Source of the DNA: Candidatus Nanohaloarchaea archaeon
GTDB taxonomy: Archaea; Nanohalarchaeota; Nanosalinia; Nanosalinales; Nanosalinaceae
Reading direction: 5' to 3'
Length of the DNA stretch: 56,250 nt
Assembly (NCBI GenBank): GCA_041640075.1
Contig: JBEQAY010000004.1
Span: forward strand, 1 to 56,250
Numbering within the stretch: position 1 is the first letter of the stretch; each line of letters opens with the position of its first letter. A model generated the notes under the pieces. The model saw only the letters and a list, made by a program, of their open reading frames with translations. It was not told the origin of the DNA and ran no database searches. The translations under genes and the position numbers were made by a program. Positions 24,684 to 34,561 of this stretch are shown here, in pieces.

Positions 24684-26462
24684 TCACTTTAATACAACTT
24701 CCATATCCGGGTTGTTAAGTACTTCTGGATCGCCATCTTCAATTTTAAGATCTATCTCATTCTCACCAACTTTTTTGCCGGTTCTGACGCCGTTAACACC
24801 TTCTTCAGGATCTACTACGATTTTGTTAGGGTTTTCAACTTCTATACCTAGCAGATGCGAGTCAACTACATGAACTACAAGTCCTGCACTCCATGCCTGT
24901 TCGCTACATCCAAGAAGTTCTCCTGTTTCGGAGTCTACTATCTCAGGTAGTGCTCCCAGCTGATTTCTATCCAGGAACTGCGTCATCTTCTCAAGAAAGT
25001 TTTTCCCTTGAGTTTTATTCCCGTATGCCAGGTTTGCGGCTGCTGCCCAACCTGTAGTAAGACCCCAGGCACTTCCTGTATGATAACCGTCTGCACTGTA
25101 TCCTGGATCCGTTACTGAGCGTGTACGGGCGCCAAACCTTGATGAAAACTCTGCGTTAATCTTTTCCAGGTAATCAGATCCTTTTTCCTGGTTGAACTGT
25201 TCGAACATCAAGGGGACTGCGGGATTGATTGTCTCAGAGTTCTTTTCTCCGAGATTGTCCTGTACGTAGTTTTCGTCCTCGAATTTTTCCAGTCCGGATC
25301 TTAGTTCCTCCTCTTCGTCTAAGCCTTCTATCTCTGCGGCTTTAAGCCAGAGGCTCTGTATATCTACTGCTTTATCTCTTTCAAGAGTATCCATCCATGT
25401 GCCATCAGGACTGTGCTTTACTACTCCGTCTTCATCTATTTCAAGCTCTGAAATAGCTTTTTCTCTTGCGTCCTCGATTTTATCGTTTGTCCGGAAATGT
25501 CGTTCAAGCTTGTCAGCGGCGATTATGAAAAGAGGATAGGTGTCCGTATCTGCAGAGTCCTTTCTGTTTTCTGAACCTATGTTTATCTTGCCTGGTAATC
25601 CCTGTTTGGCATAGTTCGTAAGTATATCCTCCGATAGCTCGAAGTAGCCGGCATCTATAAGACCCAGCAAGGTCCAGAAACCGTCTCTGGCCCAGAATGA
25701 CTGGAACCATGGGTGTCCTGCGATCACTCCAACCCCATCTCTGTCATAAACCAGGTTTCTCATACTTTCCAGACTGTAGTTGAACAGCCTGCTAACTCCT
25801 TCAAGCTCCAGGCTCTGATCCAAATCCTCTAACTCACCGAAAGTCCCGTCTGAAGTAGTGAACTCGACTTCAAGCTCTGTTATATCTTTAAGCTCTTTCC
25901 TGAAAGAGATTCTACCTGGAATCATGCATTTCTGCCGATCTCCAGGGAAGTGTTCGTTTTCGTACGGCTCACCGTCTACTTCGAAGTCTTCATCGCTGGA
26001 AATCATCAGTTTCTTTCCGTTCCTTGCCGCAGTGAGTCTGTTAGGTCCCTCCTCTATACTGTAGTCGGATTCATCCACGTCCCGGGATTTATGTCTTATA
26101 TCAACTCCTGGCTCAAGCATCGCATGCACAGCCTTCTTGTCACCCAGCTTGTTTTCGAAACTCAGGTTCACTGTTATCCCTGGAGAGGTAGGCTTGGCTT
26201 TAACGGTCTCTGTGATTCTTAAGCTGTCTGTTTCATGGTGGAAGACCATTTCTTCTCCGTATTCTGCTGCTTCCAGTGTTTCAGGGCCGAGCCAGTCTCC
26301 GTTGATCTTGAAGGCAAAATAATCAAGGTATTTGTGCGGGGGAGACCACATCCCACTCCACTTTGACTTGAAACCAGTATCCATATGACGGTTCAGGAAG
26401 CAGTGCAGGTTGGAAACAACTCCTTTCCGGTTTTCCAGGTTTTCGGTAATGCTGTACTTCAT
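24684..26462 (-). CDS. Glycogen debranching enzyme / amylo-alpha-1,6-glucosidase (GH133-like)
   Basis: AGHPWFQSFWARD, TWMD, YHTGSAW, LPEI and GCSEQAWS motifs. Confidence 0.88.
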   Translation of the reverse strand: MKYSITENLENRKGVVSNLHCFLNRHMDTGFKSKWSGMWSPPHKYLDYFAFKINGDWLGPETLEAAEYGEEMVFHHETDSLRITETVKAKPTSPGITVNLSFENKLGDKKAVHAMLEPGVDIRHKSRDVDESDYSIEEGPNRLTAARNGKKLMISSDEDFEVDGEPYENEHFPGDRQKCMIPGRISFRKELKDITELEVEFTTSDGTFGELEDLDQSLELEGVSRLFNYSLESMRNLVYDRDGVGVIAGHPWFQSFWARDGFWTLLGLIDAGYFELSEDILTNYAKQGLPGKINIGSENRKDSADTDTYPLFIIAADKLERHFRTNDKIEDAREKAISELEIDEDGVVKHSPDGTWMDTLERDKAVDIQSLWLKAAEIEGLDEEEELRSGLEKFEDENYVQDNLGEKNSETINPAVPLMFEQFNQEKGSDYLEKINAEFSSRFGARTRSVTDPGYSADGYHTGSAWGLTTGWAAAANLAYGNKTQGKNFLEKMTQFLDRNQLGALPEIVDSETGELLGCSEQAWSAGLVVHVVDSHLLGIEVENPNKIVVDPEEGVNGVRTGKKVGENEIDLKIEDGDPEVLNNPDMEVVLK

Positions 26463-26566
26463 AGGTTTCAAGTCGCCGTCAGGAGGTATAAAACCCGTAT
26501 TTTAACCTGGAAGTGGTAAACCAGTTTTTGGCTGTGTTTTAATACGAGCAGAAACAATCTTTGAAC

Positions 26567-28318
26567 ATGCAGCCGGACAACCTTATCGAAGTATCTTTTG
26601 AAGTAGCCAACAAGGTCGGAGGCATCTACCAGGTACTGAAGTCTAAATCCGGCAGGATGCAGGACTTCTACGGCGACAACTACATTACAGTAGGATACTA
26701 CGATAAGGATTCTGCGAGAGAGGACTTTGCACCACGTGAAGATCATCCGTTTGCAGAAATCTTCCAGGAACTCGAGGAAGAGACCGGCGCAACATACCAC
26801 TACGGAGTCTGGAACATCCCCAGCGCGCCAAAATGCATACTTGTAGATCCGGAAGGACTGGAAAAAGACGTGGACGATATAAAGACCTTCCTGTGGGAGG
26901 AATACGGAGTTGACTCTCTAGGAGTGGGTGAAGAGTTTGAGGAACCACTGGAATGGAGTTACGCGGTAGGCAAACTTGTAGAAAAACTTGAAAATGAGTT
27001 AGATGGACACACTGTAGTCCAGCTCCATGAATGGCTGTCTGGAACAGCTATGCATTGCTTTGAAAGCCCTGAAGTCTTCACGACACATGCAACAGTTCTT
27101 GGACGTGCGCTTTCAAACTCTGATTTCGACCTGGAGGCGGCAGTGAAACAGGGAAATGTTGATCAGAGCCTGGCAGAGGATTACGGTGTTAAACCAAAAC
27201 ACCAGGTCGAAAAAATGTCTGCACACGAGGCAGAAGTTTTCACAACTGTAAGCAAGGCTACAGGAAAGGAAGCAGAGGCTGTACTGCAGAAAAAACCTGA
27301 TAAGATACTACCAAACGGGTTCAACGTTGAACAGTACCCTAGCCTGGAAGAGCTTTCATATAACCATACTAACAAGAAGGAAGAGATGAAAAGGTTCCTT
27401 CAGGCATACTTTGAACCTTACTACGACGTTGACCTGGAAGATGATCCAAGAATACTGTTTATATCAGGACGTTACGAATTCCATAACAAAGGTGCGGACC
27501 TGTTTATAGATGCGCTTGGAGATCTGAATGACCGTGAGGGCGATGACTTCTTTGTTTTCTTCTTTATACCTGCGGGCGTTGATGGTGAGAAGCTTGAAGT
27601 GCTTGAAAATCTTTCACTTTTCGAGGAGCTGGAGGATTACATTGATACGGTTATGCCAGAGCTCAGAAAGAATCTGCTGAGTTCGATAACTTCTGGAGAG
27701 ATACCTGAACGGCAGATCTCCGAGGTTATAGACGGTAATGGAAAAGCAAGATCTCTGAAAAATAATTTCCATGCTAAACAAGGTGAAGAGCCGCCTGTAT
27801 CAGCTTACGATCTCAGCTACCCTGATGACAGCATAATGGAGGCGTTTGAAAGAAACGGGCTTACAAATTCCGAGGATGATAGAGTAAAAGTCATATTCTA
27901 TCCTTCGTATCTTTCAGTGGGAGATAAACTGCTTAACATGGATTATCAGGACGCTATAGTTGCCTCTTCTGCTGGAATATTCCCTAGTTACTATGAGCCG
28001 TGGGGTTACACCCCTGTTGAGACAGCGGCTAACGGAGCACTTTCTGTAACAACTGATATGGCAGGTTTCGGACAGTTCCTGGAGGAGAAAACCGAGCCTG
28101 GCGAGCGGAAGGGGATTAAAATACTTGAAAGAGAAGAGCAGAGTTACGAGGAAGCGCAGGAAGATCTAGCGGAGATGGTAGAGGAGATCGTAAATTATTC
28201 GAAGACAGAGATAACAGAGCGGAAACATAATGCCAGGAAACTGGCACAGCTTACCTCGTGGCAAAAACTTGGAGAAAACTACAGAGAAGCGCACAGTAAA
28301 GCGGTGACGGAAGAATGA
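26567..28318 (+). CDS. Glycogen synthase, GT3 family
   Basis: FEVANKVGGIY, FTTHATVLGR, GRYEFHNKG and PSYYEPWGYTP motifs. Confidence 0.93.
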   Translation: MQPDNLIEVSFEVANKVGGIYQVLKSKSGRMQDFYGDNYITVGYYDKDSAREDFAPREDHPFAEIFQELEEETGATYHYGVWNIPSAPKCILVDPEGLEKDVDDIKTFLWEEYGVDSLGVGEEFEEPLEWSYAVGKLVEKLENELDGHTVVQLHEWLSGTAMHCFESPEVFTTHATVLGRALSNSDFDLEAAVKQGNVDQSLAEDYGVKPKHQVEKMSAHEAEVFTTVSKATGKEAEAVLQKKPDKILPNGFNVEQYPSLEELSYNHTNKKEEMKRFLQAYFEPYYDVDLEDDPRILFISGRYEFHNKGADLFIDALGDLNDREGDDFFVFFFIPAGVDGEKLEVLENLSLFEELEDYIDTVMPELRKNLLSSITSGEIPERQISEVIDGNGKARSLKNNFHAKQGEEPPVSAYDLSYPDDSIMEAFERNGLTNSEDDRVKVIFYPSYLSVGDKLLNMDYQDAIVASSAGIFPSYYEPWGYTPVETAANGALSVTTDMAGFGQFLEEKTEPGERKGIKILEREEQSYEEAQEDLAEMVEEIVNYSKTEITERKHNARKLAQLTSWQKLGENYREAHSKAVTEE

Positions 28319-29472
28319 GTTTTGAGATCGAGATAGAAGGACTGGACGAACACGGAAAAGATATAGAGGAGATTAAACCAGATTTTGCTGATAAAAAGCC
28401 TGATTTAGAGAGCATTAAAGAAGCTGCAGAAGAGTATTCCCGTGAAAATCTAATATTGATAGGAAATGGTGGTTCTGTCACAAGTTTCCGGGCTTTACTG
28501 TATACTTTCATGCCTGAAGTCAGGGGTCATGTCAGGGTAGTCACTACGATGGAGCCAGACTACCTGAACAGGATTTCAAAGGAGTTTGAACCTGAAAATA
28601 CGGTTGTCATGCCTGTAAGCAAGTCGGGTTCGACTGTAGGTGTCATCGAATCGCTGATGTTTTTCATGGAGAGGGATTTCCCGGTTTTTGCTGTAACCTC
28701 AGACAATGAAGGTGCTTTGAGGGAGATCGTTGAAAGAGAGGATCTTCCATGGATTGAACATCCTGATGTAGGAGGCCGGTTCTCCGGAGGTACCGAGACG
28801 GCACTAACCCCGGCAGCGTTCATGGGTATGGACGTTGAGGAAATTCGTGCAGGAATTGATGAGATGTACGGAAAACTTGACGGGAAGGAGAACCCGGCAA
28901 AGCATCTTGCATCGTGTCTTTACCAGGCGGAGGAGATGGGTTACGACCAGATACTGAATCCTGTGTACTCGACACGTCTACTGGGTTTCCAGCCACTTTT
29001 AATCCAGTTGATGCATGAGACAGTATGCAAGCAGGGAGAAGGGATGACGGTCTACGGCGACCTCGGCCCCGAGTACCAGCACCACACAAATCAAAGGCTC
29101 TTCGGTGGTAAAAACGATGTGCTGCCACTTTTCATAAAGGCGGAGACTCACGAGAAGGAGACTGTGGATATACCAGGAAACCTCGAAGATATAGATCTTA
29201 GAGGCCGCAAGCTGGGGGATCTAGATGGGTTGGAACTTTCTGGATCACTTGAAGCAGAGTATAGGGGAGTCAAAAAAGCACTTGAAAGCGATGATATCCC
29301 GCATGTCACGTTAAACTTTACAGAACTGAGTTACCGGGCTGCTGGAGAGCTAATGGCTTTTATGCAGTGCCTGGCAGTTTACTCAGCCGAGCTACGGGAC
29401 GTAAACCCGTATAACCAGCCTGACGTCGAGAAAAGCAAGGAGATAGGTTTCCAGAAGAGGTTTTCAGAATGA
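28315..29472 (+). CDS. pgi: Glucose-6-phosphate isomerase (short SIS-type)
   Basis: IGNGGS, SKSGST, VGGRFS, QLMHE and NPYNQPDVEKSK motifs. Confidence 0.9.
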   Translation: MSFEIEIEGLDEHGKDIEEIKPDFADKKPDLESIKEAAEEYSRENLILIGNGGSVTSFRALLYTFMPEVRGHVRVVTTMEPDYLNRISKEFEPENTVVMPVSKSGSTVGVIESLMFFMERDFPVFAVTSDNEGALREIVEREDLPWIEHPDVGGRFSGGTETALTPAAFMGMDVEEIRAGIDEMYGKLDGKENPAKHLASCLYQAEEMGYDQILNPVYSTRLLGFQPLLIQLMHETVCKQGEGMTVYGDLGPEYQHHTNQRLFGGKNDVLPLFIKAETHEKETVDIPGNLEDIDLRGRKLGDLDGLELSGSLEAEYRGVKKALESDDIPHVTLNFTELSYRAAGELMAFMQCLAVYSAELRDVNPYNQPDVEKSKEIGFQKRFSE

Positions 29473-30074
29473 ACGTACTACTACTTTCAAAGGACTTCCA
29501 GGACGGAGAAGCGATTTCAGAGTACACAAAAAATCTGGCAGAATTTCTTGTCTCTCAGGGGCATGATGCCACCATAATTTCGTTTGACGATGGTTCATAC
29601 TACAGTGTAAGCGAGGAAGTACGGGTTGAAAGATTTCCTCTCCATTTTGAAGGTGATAATCTGTACAACTGGTCCATGATGATGAATAACGAGATGAAAG
29701 GAATAGTGACGTCTCTAATGGAGGATGAGGAGTTTGAGATAATACATGCGAACGACTGGACCACTGTACCTGGGGGAGTAGCTCTTTCAAAGCATGCAGA
29801 GATCCCTCTGGTTTTAACGTTGCACTCTACCGAGAATGAGCGAGGTTTTGGCGGAGAAGAATCTGAGGTTATATCCGAACTTGAATGGCAAGGCGTGTAC
29901 GAGGCCGACAAAGTATTTGTAAATCGTGATGAGACACGTAACTCGGCACTTTTCGACCTTGATGCCCCGGAGGAGAAAATGCAGATGGTAGATCCTTTGA
30001 GCGATGGATGGCAACAAACAGTTTTAAAGAACTATAAAAAATTACTAGATAACAAAAAAGAGGTGAAAAACTAG
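29469..30074 (+). CDS. Stand-alone GT4 N-terminal domain (no nucleotide-sugar-binding domain)
   Basis: IHANDW and LTLHSTE match the N-half of the next gene; it then jumps to a terminal helix WQQTVLKNYKKLL. Confidence 0.75.
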   Translation: MNVLLLSKDFQDGEAISEYTKNLAEFLVSQGHDATIISFDDGSYYSVSEEVRVERFPLHFEGDNLYNWSMMMNNEMKGIVTSLMEDEEFEIIHANDWTTVPGGVALSKHAEIPLVLTLHSTENERGFGGEESEVISELEWQGVYEADKVFVNRDETRNSALFDLDAPEEKMQMVDPLSDGWQQTVLKNYKKLLDNKKEVKN

Positions 30075-30125
30075 TTTGAGCCGGTCAAAAACTGTATACT
30101 ATATTTTTAGAAAGGGTGATTTCTT

Positions 30126-31268
30126 TTGAAGCCTCTTTTCGTCACATGGGAATACCCGCCGTATAAGGCTGGTGGAATAGCTGCACACTGTGAGGACCTA
30201 GCCACCACGATGGCGGATCAGGGCCATGAACCTGTAGTTCTCACATATGGAGACACGGAAGAAGTTGAGCACAGGGATGGGGTCGAGATACATAGGGTGC
30301 CTGCATCTGACACAGCCTCTAACACGCTTTCCTGGGCAATGAACTTGGGTCACCAGATGGAGAAAAAAGCTATAGAACTGGCGAAAAATAGAGACTTTGA
30401 TCTTGTCCATGCACATGACTGGATGGCGGTGCCTGGAGCGACGGGAGTAAAGAAAACACTTGACCTGCCGATGGTTTTCACTGTCCACAGTACGCAGAAA
30501 GGCCGCGATGGCATAGACTCGGACTACCAGCGGACCATCCATAACCTGGAGTGGTACGGGACATACGAAGCAGAAGAAGTCATCACAGTCGGAAGAGAGT
30601 TCTCAGAAGAAGTGAAACACACCTATGATGTCCCTGAAGAAAAAGTAAATTATATTCCGAACGGCGTCAACCTGGAAAAATTCGATAACCACTCTGAGAA
30701 CCTGAACAAGAACGACTACGCACTTGACTGGGAACAGATTGTGCTCTTTGTCGGCCGTATGTATCCGCAGAAAGGGCCAGGACATCTGATAGAAGCCATG
30801 CCGGAGATAATAGACAAAAATCCTGAGGCAAAGTTTGTAATGTGCGGTTCGGGAGCAACAGAGCACTACAAAAATATTGCAAAGTCACAGGTCGGAGATA
30901 AAGTGCATTTCCCGGGATACGTACCTGACGAAGAGCTTCTATCTCTTATGAAACGTGCAGAGATGACGGTCGCACCTTCAGTCTACGAGCCGTTCGGTAT
31001 AGTACCTCTTGAAGCCGCTGCATGTGAAACACCTACTGTAGGAAGTTATACGGGTGGTATGAAGGATACGATAATCCATGAGTATACAGGCCTTCACACA
31101 TACCCTGCTGATCCTGGTTCTATAGCTCACGAAGTCGAACGTGCGCTTAACGACCCTGGCTGGAGCGACTGGCTGGGAGAAAACGCCCGTGAACGCGTAG
31201 AAGACAACTTCCGCTGGGAACAGATTTCGGCCTGGACAACAGGAATATACCAGAACGCCCTGAAATAA
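30126..31268 (+). CDS. GT4 glycosyltransferase (glycogen-cluster type)
   Basis: WEYPP, HAHDW, FVGRMYPQKG and PSVYEPFGIVPLEA motifs; TTG start. Confidence 0.92.
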   Translation: MKPLFVTWEYPPYKAGGIAAHCEDLATTMADQGHEPVVLTYGDTEEVEHRDGVEIHRVPASDTASNTLSWAMNLGHQMEKKAIELAKNRDFDLVHAHDWMAVPGATGVKKTLDLPMVFTVHSTQKGRDGIDSDYQRTIHNLEWYGTYEAEEVITVGREFSEEVKHTYDVPEEKVNYIPNGVNLEKFDNHSENLNKNDYALDWEQIVLFVGRMYPQKGPGHLIEAMPEIIDKNPEAKFVMCGSGATEHYKNIAKSQVGDKVHFPGYVPDEELLSLMKRAEMTVAPSVYEPFGIVPLEAAACETPTVGSYTGGMKDTIIHEYTGLHTYPADPGSIAHEVERALNDPGWSDWLGENARERVEDNFRWEQISAWTTGIYQNALK

Positions 31269-31299
31269 GTTTAAAAATTTTTGTTACCAACTAGTTGTC

Positions 31300-31581
31300 A
31301 TGAAATTGTCGGACGAAACTTATGATTTAATTGAGGAAAGCTATGGTTCGGATGTAGCGAGTTATGCAAGATCTATGGTAGAAGGAGATCCTACAGACTT
31401 CCATGGTATGGCTGGAACCGATGAAGCTGGCCTTGAAGTAGGCATGGAGCAGTATCTAGACACTTTAGGAGAGGAAGGGTTGGATACAGCTCTTGAAGAG
31501 TTCGCACAGGATCTCCAGATGACTGAAAAGTTGGGTGTCCTGAGACTTCTTCAGGCTGAATCTAATAACCAAACACTCTAG
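31300..31581 (+). CDS. Small acidic hypothetical protein
   Basis: 93-aa ORF with tttaaa about 30 nt upstream. Confidence 0.6.
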   Translation: MKLSDETYDLIEESYGSDVASYARSMVEGDPTDFHGMAGTDEAGLEVGMEQYLDTLGEEGLDTALEEFAQDLQMTEKLGVLRLLQAESNNQTL

Positions 31582-32294
31582 AGGTCTCTCTTATTTATTT
31601 TATTAAGCCACCAGAACATTTCGTCCAGAAGTTTTTCTTCTGCTTCATCTGTCATAAAGTGGGTTTCCCCTTCAAACTTTCTCAGCATGACCTCTGTATC
31701 TATTTCTTTTACGGCGTCAGCGGTTCTTTCGAACTTTACAGTTGAGTCATCGCCGCCCTGGAAGATCGCAACAGGCATATCAAGTTCTTCTACAGCGTCT
31801 TCAAAGCTGTAGGTGTCGAAGTCTTCAAAGAATCTTTGATTTATGGTTTTATCGTCGAAGTGCGTGTACTCTCCTTTTTCCTTGACTACTTCACGGAACT
31901 TATCCATCTCGGAGTTCAAAAGCACTGGGGATTTGAAAATAATTCCTTCAACGTCTAGTTCTTCGGCTGCGTGTAGAACTACTTTCCCGCCGAAGCTCAT
32001 ACCGAAAAGGATGAGGTTTTTTGGCTCAAAATGTCCTATGGCTGTTTTCAGGTCTTTGATGCGTGAGCTCAGGTTCTGGTCTATGAACTCTCCGTCCGAT
32101 TTTCCGTTTCCCCGGAAAGTCAGTCTTACAGCGTTGAATCCTTCTTCAACTGCTCTTTCAGCTCTTTTCTCGTAGCTTCCCTCTTTGTCCGTTCCGTATC
32201 CATGGCAGAAAAATATCCATTCATTGGAATCTGCTTCGTGGTGCGCAAGAGAGATCTCTTCGCTGTTTTCGACTTCCAGTCTGAACTCGTCCAT
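31578..32294 (-). CDS. Alpha/beta hydrolase (esterase/peptidase)
   Basis: CHGYG, GMSFGG nucleophile elbow, QGGDDSTV (Asp), GETH (His). Confidence 0.9.
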   Translation of the reverse strand: MDEFRLEVENSEEISLAHHEADSNEWIFFCHGYGTDKEGSYEKRAERAVEEGFNAVRLTFRGNGKSDGEFIDQNLSSRIKDLKTAIGHFEPKNLILFGMSFGGKVVLHAAEELDVEGIIFKSPVLLNSEMDKFREVVKEKGEYTHFDDKTINQRFFEDFDTYSFEDAVEELDMPVAIFQGGDDSTVKFERTADAVKEIDTEVMLRKFEGETHFMTDEAEEKLLDEMFWWLNKINKRDL

Positions 32295-32407
32295 AGTGAA
32301 GAATTTCCAGAAAGTGGTTATATACTTGGCGAAAAAGCAAGGGTAATTTGTCTGAGATAGCTTGTCGCTGGTGACAAATTTTAGAGTTCCCTTTCAATCT
32401 TCAGTTA

Positions 32408-33013
32408 ATGGCAAAGAGCGATGAGGATTATGGTCGTCTTTATATCCCTCGTGATGGTGTTTGGTTTGATCCCGAGAATCCTGATCCCGAGAAAATGAGT
32501 CTGGAATCTATTGCGCAGGGTCTTTCAACAGAGTTCAGATATGGAGGACATACTGATCCGCTGGTGAATGTTGCACAGCACTCTGTAGATACTGCGAGAC
32601 TTCTCGATGAGCATGGATATGATGCCGAAATCCAGTTTTATGGTCTGCACCACGATTCAGCGGAGGCCTATCTGGGAGATGCCCAGAAACCTAATAAAGA
32701 GGTGTTGCCTGCACTTGAGGATCTGGAGGATACCTGGCAAGATGCTGTATGGGATTTTCTAGATGTTGAACCTCCTACCCCAGGACAGGCATCTACTGTT
32801 AAGGATGTTGACTACATGCTATACCTTTTCGAGGCTGACAAACTTTTTGAAGACAGAGAGCACAGTAGAGCCGCTACTGAACGAGTAGAGCTCAATGAGA
32901 GAGATAAAGGGGAGTTTGAAACAGTGGCTGAAGTAACTAACCTGGATCAGACATACCAAGAATCAAAGAAGGAGTTCATGGAGTTACATGAGGATCTAAT
33001 CACACAAATTTAG
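32408..33013 (+). CDS. HD-domain hydrolase, YfbR/5'-deoxynucleotidase-like
   Basis: RYGGH, VAQHS, LHHDSAEAYLGD and VKDVD motifs. Confidence 0.85.
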   Translation: MAKSDEDYGRLYIPRDGVWFDPENPDPEKMSLESIAQGLSTEFRYGGHTDPLVNVAQHSVDTARLLDEHGYDAEIQFYGLHHDSAEAYLGDAQKPNKEVLPALEDLEDTWQDAVWDFLDVEPPTPGQASTVKDVDYMLYLFEADKLFEDREHSRAATERVELNERDKGEFETVAEVTNLDQTYQESKKEFMELHEDLITQI

Positions 33014-34224
33014 CTTCTATATCTCTTCTCAACCTGCTGCTGGAAGTCCATGAGGTGCTCTGTGATGACCGCAAAGCCTTCATGAGGGTGGTCGAAGTAT
33101 GAGAAGTAGTTGTGTACTGATCCGTCGTCCATAGTCTTGGTAGCGATGTGGTGCAGGTGGTCAGAGGTCAGCATCTTCCTCCAGACCTCTGTAACTTCCT
33201 CATCATCTATCTTCTTGACCTTGGACTCTATCTCCTGCATTTTTCTGAAAAGCATCTTCTGCATAGGGTTTCCTAACCACGCAGAAGCATCCATCTCCTG
33301 GTCAGCCCATGAAACAGTGTTGTACTCGAAGGCGTCGAACTCGCCTACAGGATCGTTCTGGGCAACTTCACGAACTTTTGAGAACTTCAGGTTATCATGC
33401 TTCAGAACCTGGTTCGGAAGATCCTCCAGGAACCATAGAATACCTGTACCCTCCCAGTGATGCTCTCCAAAAGTCTCATAATCCATGAAAAGGTTTATCG
33501 CCTGACCTTCAGAGGCTGCAAGCCACGAAGCATATTTTTCTGCGGTGAGAGGGTACTCATTCCACCATTCTGCGCTGAAACGGTAGCCTACATCGTCTGT
33601 AAGCTTCCGGTTCCTGAGCATGATGTTGTTGCCGCTTTCAGTCACGAAATCTGGCTGTGTGTACGAGTAGTTCGGTGAACGCCAGCCCAGGACCCGTGGA
33701 ACTCCTTCTGTGAATATTCCCTCGTATCCTTCTTCGGAGGCAACTTTTCCAATCTCATTGTGGTATATGAGCTCTGTATTGGTCATGACCTGAGGTTTAG
33801 TGCCGAAAGTGTCTTCAATTATTGATCTATGCTTGTTTATCTGCCAGCGGAACTCATCCTTGTCGTGGAAAAGTCCTGCAAGGCTATGATAATGTGCCTG
33901 TCCTATGAAATCTATGCTGGAGTCCGGGAACCTGTTGAGCATATCTATGAGTTCCGGGTGATACTCCTGTGCCTGTTCGATCCAGGAGCTTGAAATCGAG
34001 AAGTTTACCTTGAACTGTCTGTCTCTACCTTCAAACTTTTTTGCAGCCCTGAGCAGTCTCTCGGTCGCCGGGAAGTAGCAGTTTTCAGCCACATCCTTGA
34101 AGAAGTGCTCGTTCATCTCATCGTCGAAGTATCTATCGTAGAGGCTGTAGGCGTCCTCGTTGACACCATCAGTCCTCAACCGGTGGGGCTGATGCACTTC
34201 GAAGCTTAGGGAAACCGGTAACAT
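33010..34224 (-). CDS. Glycoside hydrolase family 57 (alpha-amylase-like)
   Basis: FEVHQP, HYHSL, NTELIY (nucleophile), MDYETFGEH (acid/base) and TSDH motifs. Start at MLPVSL (34224) preferred. Confidence 0.92.
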   Translation of the reverse strand: MLPVSLSFEVHQPHRLRTDGVNEDAYSLYDRYFDDEMNEHFFKDVAENCYFPATERLLRAAKKFEGRDRQFKVNFSISSSWIEQAQEYHPELIDMLNRFPDSSIDFIGQAHYHSLAGLFHDKDEFRWQINKHRSIIEDTFGTKPQVMTNTELIYHNEIGKVASEEGYEGIFTEGVPRVLGWRSPNYSYTQPDFVTESGNNIMLRNRKLTDDVGYRFSAEWWNEYPLTAEKYASWLAASEGQAINLFMDYETFGEHHWEGTGILWFLEDLPNQVLKHDNLKFSKVREVAQNDPVGEFDAFEYNTVSWADQEMDASAWLGNPMQKMLFRKMQEIESKVKKIDDEEVTEVWRKMLTSDHLHHIATKTMDDGSVHNYFSYFDHPHEGFAVITEHLMDFQQQVEKRYRS

Positions 34225-34330
34225 GAAAGAAACTTCACGGCGCTGATTTAAAACACGCAGTGTTGCCACGTGAACGGGAAAACTCAGGGGCCAGGCAAGA
34301 TTAAAAACACAGCCGGCACCAATCCAATGT

Positions 34331-34561
34331 ATGGAAGCCAAAACCCGGAAACAGGGAGAAAGCTACGTGATAGAAGTCGAGACCGAACAGAAAGTTGCTC
34401 TGGTTGTGAAATCCGATTCCGGCGAGCGAATATATCTCCCAGGAGAAAAAGAAAGCTACTCGACGTACTACAATGATGATCCAACTTTCCTGCAGAAAGG
34501 AAACAGTAGCTGGGCCGTAAAACATCCTGAAGAGCCTGATGAAGTTCTTGTGATCAGCTAA
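34331..34561 (+). CDS. Small beta-rich hypothetical protein
   Basis: 76 aa; LVVKSDSGERIYLP and HPE motifs; divergent from GH57. Confidence 0.65.
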   Translation: MEAKTRKQGESYVIEVETEQKVALVVKSDSGERIYLPGEKESYSTYYNDDPTFLQKGNSSWAVKHPEEPDEVLVIS

